DNA of 63,455 nucleotides, the filler included, from Globobulimina sp. (taxonomy: Eukaryota), in NCBI GenBank assembly GCA_003354225.1. It is 13 parts of 13 records of this genome, joined end to end, with 100 filler letters (N's around TTAATTAATTAA, not from the genome) between each part and the next. Parts side by side here need not be neighbours in the genome. Positions count along the whole stretch, not along the records: positions 29,364 to 34,153 come from PIVH01000922.1; positions 34,254 to 39,042 come from PIVH01000923.1; positions 39,143 to 43,929 come from PIVH01000924.1; 10 more parts are not named here. One strand, given 5' to 3'. Shown here in pieces: positions 32,401 to 42,100 of this stretch. A program made the translations under genes and the position numbers. Position 1 is the stretch's first letter; the number at the start of each line of letters is the position of its first letter. The notes beneath the pieces were generated by a model. The model did not search any database. It was not told where the DNA came from and saw only the letters and a list, made by a program, of their open reading frames with translations.

Positions 32401-32937
32401 CTTATTGTTCTGGCAAATGGTTTCTTCGTCGAACGTAGGACATACCATTAGCGGAGTCCGTGATGATTCATCCAAACTACCAAACGATGATAATCCACTC
32501 TGTGAATCTGAACATAGTGATGTTGACGAAGAAGAGGTACCGTCAGATTCAAAAACTAAGGAATAATGTAAGTACATATCGCCATCAATTGCCGCGGGCT
32601 TACTACTAATTTGTGTCATATCAATTGGATAAACCCAACCATAAATATAGATACACATTGTACCTTCAAATTTAAGAGTATTGATTGGTGGCATGGAGAT
32701 ACACTGTTTATAGCCTAAAATCATGGTTGAACCAATGGGTGGAGAGCCAAATGATCTCATTGGTAATGCTTTGCATTCTCCAGTCTCTAATCTATTTGCA
32801 ATCTCTTCTGCAGTGAATGGTTCGATTTTGGGATCATTTCGAGAGAATGCGCTGCAAATCGAATTACATTCAAGGGTTTGACTGTGTGCTAATTTTGTTA
32901 TTACAGTTGTTGATAATACCAATGCAATTGCAAGCAT
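29458..32937 (-). CDS. Type I membrane protein with two WSC domains
   Basis: Signal peptide; YLGCF...CQEACYDYKYFAFYYGACYC and YFGCY...CSNYC...YFAFFDGNKCAC...CNQEC...CGG; Cys-rich stalk and a C-terminal TM helix. Confidence 0.85.
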   Translation of the reverse strand: MLAIALVLSTTVITKLAHSQTLECNSICSAFSRNDPKIEPFTAEEIANRLETGECKALPMRSFGSPPIGSTMILGYKQCISMPPINTLKFEGTMCIYIYGWVYPIDMTQISSKPAAIDGDMYLHYSLVFESDGTSSSSTSLCSDSQSGLSSFGSLDESSRTPLMVCPTFDEETICQNNKANWECMWEQTENSCYWKNDPKLDINNVGTNINDVTAFENLDYADNEGGSNDIDVSVGLDLSALSEITLYSGRFPDPPNKPLKVQAIECGFQVYLHNSNPAQSEINTEMYFSWDTNGDIDETAAVPAGKLIDKNWLPKVFGTFGFGGGSLIENEIQTLLDTMSTASNQLFGGLSLVIKEKQEIINSFSKIVGDKKPKQPSPYEIHNQQLKLAYLMAMHQTMAFGYKSDEWILSNAHCIVTISNANGGVQAVYFSNFYQYFSVLGLGTFNVDDSGRNKGVAVIRFNLTQQTVASSVSSNICTLTIGADTISTNITTKSVEWPYNMDLTMRSNVVIEVKEEILESEQYLGCFVLYKEEDMKLIETDKDKAIHKYYSDHQIDDKVDLCQEACYDYKYFAFYYGACYCTDRTPKNAFVDDMYCNAHKKIARRQIILNNTNIFKYPSHLWAKSECKENVNNDPSCDLISIFAIKLYSNSYYFGCYDLSLQSSNIRFNDNDKISVISCSNYCRNEEKGKFKYFAFFDGNKCACLVNIPDTTKKADATKCNQECDRIDIITTNKQCGGSDVKHGIKYFDIYSQLINYKEIPDNKYKAKLRKSIIPIYGGKSHIYIKIAGISSGEIDQNIEYPLYFKGKYFQVNNRAFLIQSIAMYNLNFKSVSDDIWHCLTCTVGSASLGYATQTYYVLPSAIKEIYITNIAGDESVANNEIISRENIENKLTISFQSIQNANDLGVRQWNADEFSALSTRKCFTFGKKEYSLPDIVKTIKIPVFGSKETVRTAQSKGNNKFSGRFSLRNIRITPTQISSSSIVSASDDSSFIFSYTPTLSIDYILTEINGNPIAYSVKVDFFKLTHQIPSSPCNSVYSPPSNGNNRQSCCGYDGPSFCVCNKIQCIQNCNAFGGIKQFKCDEINTQTTIPICQCFINDNMMQLLSIALIVVSIAAAVLIVYCFALICMKKDQLLKLSSNEISNNKIVDKRRRLLGRN

Positions 32938-33176
32938 GTTGTAATGAAATCTAAAAATAAATTCTAAAAAAAGAATCTCATTTTTTCATAATTCGTTTCA
33001 TACGCATTCACAATATTCTATGCTATAATTGATAGTGTGTGTAATTCCGTGTTGACCCCATATACTAGAACTAGTAGCAAGATAATTGAGCTCAAAACTT
33101 ATTTCAAACCGCTTTCGGAGACGGAGAGTAAATGTAGTTATAATTATATTAAAAAGCACATAACAAAGAGTGATAC

Positions 33177-34080
33177 TTATGGTAAAACAGCAAATGACGG
33201 TTCTTTTAATATACCACATATACCATTGCCATTATTCTGATTACAATCTCTGCACAATAATATAAACCCCTTCTGTCCCCAGGATGCACCCCAACTATTT
33301 TGACATTTCCAATATTTATTACCTCCTTCTTCACCATAACCAACCACCACCACATAATGATCAATATTATCACCACAGCCTCCACTTAATATACCACTTG
33401 AATAAAATTGAAATGCTGCTTGATCCGCTTCAATACCAATTACAATCGGTCCACCTAATAATGCATATTGTAAACTTGTTGAATTTCCGACTGCATCTAC
33501 ATCGACATAACTTTTTATTGGATCAATTGGTGAACACTTATCCTTTTCACACTGTCCATTACTCGCTGGATACGATGCTTTGCTACATAATCCTGTATTG
33601 TTTACAATAAATTCCCAACAATTATTTGGTGTTATTGGTCTAACGCAATCTGTTAATTCCTGCACAGATAATGTTTCCAATAAACCTGTTTTAATGGTCT
33701 CAAAAGCTTGTAAAGAAATAGTAACTGCAATGCTGACAGCATCGCCTGAGTGAGCTTGATTTTGCACTGGGCCTTCGACACAAAAACATTAATAAATTAA
33801 TTTGTATCACTATGGAAATAATCAATTGGGAGGAAAAATACCTGTTATATTGGACCAATCAATGGAGTCTGGCAGATCTTGAGGACTATTAATTGGGGAT
33901 ATGAATGTTTTTTTATTTGCATTAACAGGAACTTTATGCGATTGTGTTAACGTGAATCTTGTTGTAAATTGAGTTGATGTTAAATCCGAGAATTGATTCA
34001 TTTTGAGTGTATATGCCTGGTTACCATTAATATTCCATTCATTAATCATTTTCCAATTTGATTTCCAAATTGTGAATGGC
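33177..34080 (-). CDS. Papain/cathepsin L-like protein with I29 prodomain, catalytic Cys absent; intron 33773-33841; 5' incomplete
   Basis: NQFSDLT, LPDSIDW, LSVQELTDC, FQFYSSGI, DHYVVVVGYG and QNSWGASWG. The active-site segment reads QNQAHSGDAVS instead of QGxCGSCWAF. Confidence 0.88.
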
Positions 34081-34253
34081 GGACAAACCACTGCAACAAT
34101 ATATTTTTCCAAGAAAGATGGACTGGATATCAGTAAAGTAAAAGTCATGGCAANNNNNNNNNNNNNNNNNNNNNNNNNNNNNNNNNNNNNNNNNNNNTTA
34201 ATTAATTAANNNNNNNNNNNNNNNNNNNNNNNNNNNNNNNNNNNNNNNNNNNN

Positions 34254-34393
34254 CTTTCATAATGGATATGTTTGATAGATTAGCAAAAGAAGCAGCGAAT
34301 GCGGTGAAATATTCAAATAAATCTACGATGGATGCCAGAGCCATAAAATGTGAATTCGCAAAGCATTGCCAGATGGAGGCACAGAAAGCATTG
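34254..34393 (+). pseudogene. Histone H2B-like fragment with internal deletion
   Basis: SFIMDMFDRLAKEAANAVKYSNKSTMDARAIKC-EFAKHCQMEAQKAL aligns to H2B helices 2 to C but lacks the AVRLxLPG segment. Confidence 0.7.
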
Positions 34394-37300
34394 CCAGATG
34401 GGATTTCCGGGGGCAAAACACCAGTAAAAAGTGCGGATTTATCAATGGTTAATTCATCAACGGTTAATTCTGAATCAATGGAAGTATCAATGACAGTGTC
34501 ATCCAATTCCGTAGCGGGTAAATCTGTATTTATTAAGGTAGACTGTAAAGATGATGCAGTCACTGAATTTGCCTGAGATATGGACACCAAATGAGGTGAT
34601 TGTGATGAATCAATCTCATGTTTATCATTACGCGTAGGTTTAGGGACAAAGGCAGCGGCATTAATATTTAATACATTGCGTGTTTGCGAATTGCGTGTTT
34701 TCGAATTATAGGCATCGTTTTTATCATTTTCAGCGTTTTTATATTCATCAATTTCAGGATCTATATCATGAGCGGTATCATTCTGATATACGACATCAAC
34801 ATTATCTTTGTCATTATGCGACACATTATCTTTATCATTATGCGACACATTAAGAACATGCACATATGTACAAGTATTACAAATCCACTTATTTTGATCT
34901 GATTCAACGCGTTGTAAATAGCCGCAAACGTCACACACAATATCGCGTACACTCATTGCCAAAGAAACAGATGCTTTTGATACAGAAACAGACGGTTTGG
35001 ACGTATCAAATGAATTATCTATCATTGAAATATCTGATTGAATATCGGATTTGACATCAGATTTATCATCGGATTCGGCATCAGATTTATTGTCATTCAC
35101 CACATTATTATTACTCACATTGTCTGAGTCTGGTTCAACGGCAGCAATGGCATCGTCAATATCATCTGTGTTATTATGTATGTCTGTTTTTGTGTTTTTT
35201 GTTGCATTGCTATCATTTTTAGAGATAATGGCATCACGTAAAGTAAGTCCGTAGAGACGAAATGCGCGACTCTCTAAATTCCGCGGTATAATGTTGCGAT
35301 TCTTATATATCACCGCTGTATATTGCTGCACAGTGACAGGAGACATCAAACGCTCCCAATTCATTACAGGATAGTCATTGCGCCATAAATTATACACAAT
35401 GTTATCCACAATGAAGGTATTCGTAAAAGGGATGCCAAGGCGCTTAATATCAACAATGTTTGTAATCGGTTGATATGGATCTTTATTTAATTGCCGCCAA
35501 AAGACCTCAATGCGTTGATAACCTGCCTCGTATTTATGGAAATACATATAATATTGCACTAACATCGCAGCATAGAAGATATCGCCATTATTTATTATAC
35601 CGCCACGGTGCGAATATAATGGATCAAATTTAGCATAGTCATTCGTCACCGGATTGATCGGAGATTGTTTAAAGATATCCCCTTCCAACGCTGTGATAGG
35701 TTTAGTTTGAAGGAATTCATTATTACGCATGTTATTATTGTTATTGTTGCGATTATTGCTATTTTTGTTGTTATGCCGCGCAAATCGATCACTCTCAATT
35801 TTAAGGTCAGTATCATCGGTCACAGTCGTTTGTATTCGTGCCAATGGCTCCGAAATGGCTTTAGATCCAACTTTCTGTTGAATCGACTGCGGAAAAGTAC
35901 GATTCTTCCATCCGGTTTGTGCCAAACGGGCGGCTTCTTTATACGTTTGCTTCTTTGATATTTCAGGTGATATAAAGTGTGTTGGATGGGAATCCGGTGC
36001 AGTCTCAAGGTACTCTTTGGATGCATATCCGGCTACGTTTGTTTGTATATATTTCAATTTCGATGATACGAATGTTCTGCTCGGATTAGAGCGGTACCGA
36101 TTATTATTTCGATTCTGCCGGCTTCGTGGTACCTGTTTAAGTGCGGCGGGATTACTTAACTGCTCATCCAAGCCAATTGACGTTAATTCAGCAGTGCCAG
36201 CATCTAATCCTGCAATGCCCGCGAGATAATTTGTAGTTTTATTAGGAAACAATTCAATGTATCTATTATCATTCGGAATATATGATTGTAATACATCAAT
36301 ATTGCGAGGCAAATGACGATCAAACATAACAATATCAGTGCCACACCATTGGTTACACGATTTATATCTGCCTATGGTACAAGTAATCAATGTACTTTTC
36401 CAGATGTCAATATTATAAATAAGGGTGCCATTAGCTTCAATTTCGGATTTAAATATTTTAATATCTCGTGGATGCCAATCCGCATTCTCAAACGTCCGAA
36501 TTCGCACATAATCACTAAAAACAAAGTCAGGATTCGCAGCGCAGTCAAATTTCGACGCCAAACAAAAATTCAACTCAAGGGCGTCAACGTGATATACAGA
36601 TCGATCCTGAGGCTGTTGTATCATTGCTGGCTTTGCAGGAATGGGACAATCATTACCATCCATGGTGGAAAATGTGTATTTATTATTGCGTGCATATACA
36701 ATGTGATTTTTCTCATATAATCTGGTTTTATCTCCCATTGGTGCCTCCATATACGGAATGTATCTACGAATACGGCCTTCAACCAATATCACACGAAAGC
36801 GTGCGACCTGTATTTTTATGCCAGTTGTCTCCACAAATAAGTTAGCTCTGCGGTTCCATGATTCAATTAAGGAGTCGCTATATAGCCAGTTATAAATAAA
36901 CAAAGCCGCATCACCCGGAGTATAGTCACACATTCTGGCACTTTTATTGAACCAGTTTCCCGTTAAGACCTCAATTTCATTGAGTTTATATTGCTTTTGT
37001 GTAATTAATGAAAGGCAATAAATAATGCGTGCTTTGTTACCATCGGATTTAGTGATGCTGGGAGATAAACGATTAGCGTACATAGTCATATACGGAATGC
37101 CTACGACTGCAAACCGGAAACGATTACCCAATGCTAAGATGGCATTCCAGCAGCCCACAGGAGAGGGTTTGATGTAAATTTTATTTTGTGATTCAACTCT
37201 TCGCCATGGATTAACAAATGGACACGTTTCAACATACCGATCACGAAGGGAGTCATCACGTATTCCATCATGGATCATTTGCAAAGTTAAAAATATCTCA

Positions 37301-38346
37301 CGATTCAAGCAATATATAGATATAAAAAGATCAGTCAATTCCTCCTCAAACATCAAAGCGGAGTCACACCAATTCTTAAATAACAAATAAACATCGGATT
37401 CATCATCGGGATTGCTATGGATATTAACATCTTTATATGCAAAGCTTAAAACGTGGCGAAGTCCAATCCAGCCACCTTTACCATAAATATAGTCCAAAAG
37501 TAACATGTAATCAATAATACGCGGATTCAAAGCATCGTTGACATTCATAACAACAGTATCGGAGTCGCCATGGTCAGATCGCATTTTATAATCATTTTCA
37601 TCCTCATCCGGCGCTGAAAAATACTCATCATTTTCAATAAAGATATCAGTGCCAATCTTAGCACTCAAAGCCAATTTCTCCCGTTTAATTTTATCGATAT
37701 ACTGATTATTCAACACTGCTCCTTCCAACATTATCTTTTTATACCATCGGCGATTTGGGGAACGTTTAGAGCCAGTGAGGAAAGCAAAACCTTTGCAAAC
37801 AGGACTAATATGTGATATGACATCACATTCTAATGGTAAATGATAATAAGAGTGCTGCCTGGCATCACAAATAAAACTAATACACCATTTGCCATATCGG
37901 CGAATAATTTGTTGTGTCGCTGCGATCTGGACTTGAAATCGTACGCGATTTGGTAATGCTTGCGTTTGTTCAGTTTGTACATGATATTTCTGCTCAGTTT
38001 GTACATGATCGACATTTGTGTTTGATTGTTGTTGCTGTATGCTTTGTTCTTGTGGAGTGTTTACTTGTTCTTGTGGAGTGTTTACCTGTTGTTGGTCAGT
38101 TTGTTTTTGGTCAGTTTGTTTTTGTTTTTTGGCAGTTTGTTTTCGTGTTGTTGCACTTTGTTTATTTTTATTTCGTTGCTGATATGCAAACGCATATGTT
38201 TCATCACATGTAGTACAGGTCCATGTGGTGGCAGTTGTATGCATATCACCTTCATAGTCAGCACTACAAACTTCACAGAAAGGTCGTACTAAAATTCTAC
38301 CAGTGACAGGATCAACGGGTATAATGGAACGGCGCATATGAGTCAT
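34254..38346 (-). CDS. Large intronless orphan protein (>1360 aa) with N- and C-terminal zinc ribbons; possibly from a mobile element or virus
   Basis: CEVC...WTCTTC near the N-terminus and VCDVCG...WICNTCTYVH (RanBP2-like) near the C-terminus; short tandem peptide repeats; no catalytic motif recognised. Confidence 0.6.
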
Positions 38347-38639
38347 TGGGAAATATACAAAATAAACAAAATCAATAAAAAATAGACTACAAAGAGAGTT
38401 GTTTTTTGCACAGAGGTAAAAGTCGAAATAATAAAAATATTATAAATAATAAAAGAACTATGAAAGTATAAATAAGAAGTTGTATAGATAAGATATATTA
38501 GTTTTAATGTATGGCCGAGATACGGCAATACAAATCTTGATGGTGTAGCGAGCAAAAAGAGGAGCGTTAGATTGACTGTTAAGAAAGTGTTTCTTAAACA
38601 AAGTAAGCAGAACATGTAAGTGAAGTGAAGTGAAGTGGA

Positions 38640-38971
38640 ATGGAACAACCGATTTTGTGTTTTTAACTTATTATTTATGATAACAATACAACATTGCGCT
38701 TGTATATAAACACTGTTTTTTGCACAATATTTTGTTTATGGGTTCAGTGATTGCCATTTAATAAATCAATAATGTTTTCATTTTACAGTCTAATTCAAAA
38801 TGTAACAATCTATAGAAAACAGATATTATTTGGTTACCGGTTTGATTTATTAAATGGCAATCACTGAACCCATAAACAAAATATTGTGCAAAAAACAGTG
38901 TTTATATACAAGCGCAATGTTGCATTGTTATCATAAATAATAAGTTAAAAACACAAAATAGGTTGTTCCAT
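38640..38971. repeat. 130-bp inverted repeat with 72-nt spacer (MITE- or foldback-like)
   Basis: Arms 38640-38769 and 38842-38971 are reverse complements with two mismatches. Confidence 0.92.
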
Positions 38972-39142
38972 ATCCCAGGTATAGAGAGCCACATTTTGCA
39001 ACGAAATTCTTTCTCACAAAATAGACTCGGTATACAATAAAANNNNNNNNNNNNNNNNNNNNNNNNNNNNNNNNNNNNNNNNNNNNTTAATTAATTAANN
39101 NNNNNNNNNNNNNNNNNNNNNNNNNNNNNNNNNNNNNNNNNN

Positions 39143-42100
39143 TTGGCGCCGGTGTCTTTCTTCTACGAACCTGCCCTAAACTTCGCGACCCACAAAACCC
39201 ACAAATCCCCGAAAACGAAAGCCGTGAGAAAGTCGCGACAATCAAACAATGACAACTCGGCCCAGCAGTCATCCCACAATCAAACAATCCAAAACTACCC
39301 ATTTCGTGTCGTTACGTCCAGTGTCATGGCCATTTTGCGCAAACTCAATGTCTTTGAGACCTTCCACCTTTTGGATCTCTGGAATTTGATGCCGCATCTA
39401 ATCAAAGATACGAAAAACTTCATGTTCGAGGTGTACCAAATAAACAAGTTCCTCACTCACGAAATCAACCTCAACAAAGATGACTTTACCCACAATGTAC
39501 TCCATACCATCTACGCCGTCTTTTATGACCAATTCATCCTCAAATTCGATCTCGCCACACATACATTTATGCCATTGTCCAGCAAAGAGAATTCTGACAA
39601 TGAAATATTGATCGATGAGTTATATCATCTAATCAGATTATACAAATTTGATATCGATCTGCAGCATCTTATAAATTCTTATATTAATTTTACAGCTCAT
39701 TTCGCGCAGTTTATCCGGTCCACATATCCGGCGACCAAAAATCTCACAGTGCCACAGTTGAAAATCACCAACAACATTCTCACAGCGTCTCCCACAATTC
39801 TGCCATTCAAACTATTTGATTACAAACGCCACCAACGTCTCATGTTATGGTCATTCGACGTCAAGGCAATGTATCCCAGCTTGATCCATTCATTCTGCCT
39901 ACAGGTCTTGGATCTGTATTGGATCAAATATGCGGCGTCTCTCCCTCCGAACCCATCAAAGAACTGCATCAAGGCATTCCTTTGGTTCTCCATCAAAAAT
40001 GCCATATCTACCTTCAACGGCAAACTGTACCAAAAGATTGCAGGAATTGGTGCAGGCGAAGACTTCGCCGCTCAGCTGGCCGATATTTCCATCAGCTACG
40101 TATGCGAATTCTTACATAGTTCCAGGTGGCTTTCCAACACGACAGCGGGCAAACTATATTACAATGGAGCGTACAGAGACGACATGTTCAATGTGGGTTG
40201 TACATCATACCATGAAATCGAGCAGATTCGTAATGGCATCAGTACCTTAACCGAAGGCATTGTCTTTACCTCAGATATAAAATGTGGAGGTCTAGTATGT
40301 GTTTTCTTAGACTCAAAACTTTTTCTCACTCCGTCTGGAATCCAGGTTCAGATATTTGCAAAAACGACCGACGACCACGCATATCTCAAGACGTCGTCGC
40401 AGCACCCGGCATATCAATGGAAGGGAATCATTAAAGGCGTCGCTCTCAAAGCCCGATGCATCTGTGATGACTATTTTGTCGATGAGGCGCTCTATAACTA
40501 CAAATGTTTTATGATTCGTAGAGATTACAATCACGTATTAGTCAATCAAATCTTTAATGAAACGCGCCAAAAGACGAAGGAAGAAGCGCTGAAACTTTGG
40601 TTCCCAAACAAACCAAAAACGCGTTATCGCAAATCATCAAAGGCCGTACGTCCAAACCAAGACTCTGCGGCTCTTCCCCAACAACAGCTCCCTCCCAACG
40701 TCCATACCAATAAACAGAACCTGAAGATCAACCATCACCTATTCAAAGAAACAAATAATCCAAATTTCTTCAGTACACTCAATAAAATCAAATATTTAGG
40801 ATACGCACCGCTGTCATTCATCGATGACAATCCAAATCTATCGCTTTTTATTGACCCCACCTTGGACAATGACGAGAAATGGCAACTAGATAATATCAAC
40901 TGTGCCTACCACAAACCTTTAAAATCGACAAAGTCCGCACCAGCACCAAAGCTGTGGTTAGTTCGCGAGTTTCACCAAAATCACGCGGACTTCTATAAGA
41001 TTGCCAAAAGCAACCACAGTAAATTCATCCGCACCAAACCAACCTTGTCCCTGTTATTCCCGTTGGAGGACTTCAAAATATCGTGGAAAAAGTCCAAAAC
41101 AATCGCCAACGTTATTGCTCCCCACAAGTTCTCCTACGATCCGAGTATTGACGATCTATCGGAGGATGAGATAAATTTGACCAATACATTACGTTCCCTC
41201 CCAGGCTCCCGCCTTTCCGCCAACAATCCGTCGATTCTCATCTATCAACGCAGGCGGTTCAACGTCACAAATATTGGCCTTTGGAAGGGGTTCATGACTT
41301 GCAAACACTTGATCAGTCTGAACATATTGCTTCCAAACAGAGGCCGCAAATGTAAGTGCAACCACATTGCAGCTTACACCAATTCCAGATCAATCAAATG
41401 CAAACTCACCAACATTAAGCGCAAAATATCGCAGCGCCTGACCTGTTTTACCAAGAACGTCATCTATTCCATTGACTGCAAACACTGCACCCGCCGCTAT
41501 ATAGGAAAGTGTGGAGAGGGCATTACTCACAACAGAGTGCTACGTAATCGTCTCAACGAGCACTTCTGTGGCATCAAGAACCTCTATAATCTATTGATTT
41601 CGATGGGGTTCTATGATTTAGCCAATAATAAGATCACTCTCGACTGGCGCGAGAAGTTCGAGATATTATTCAAGATCAAAACTGGTATCAAAGCGCTGCA
41701 GAATGAGCAGAAGCTTGACGAGAACCAGCATCTTACAACAAATGAATCCAGAGTCGACTTCCTCGCAGACGCTGATCCATTATTAAATAATCGCATTCGC
41801 TTCGTACATATGACAAAATATCAGAAAATGAATTTTTTAATCACAAAAATCGTCAAATTCAACTACAACACGTGGACAGGGGATATAGTTCACTTTGTAG
41901 GATTAGATGGCACCAATTGTTTCCAACATATGGTCAATCACAATCCTTTCTCATTAATGGAAGCTTTTGGTGTGGAACTGGTCAAAGGCCCATCGGAGCT
42001 CCACATTGAAGCAGGTCTCAAGGAGCGAGAATCATATTATCAGTCAGCGCTCAACACGATATATTTTGGTTTGAATGGCACTGTGGATTGGAATAACTTT

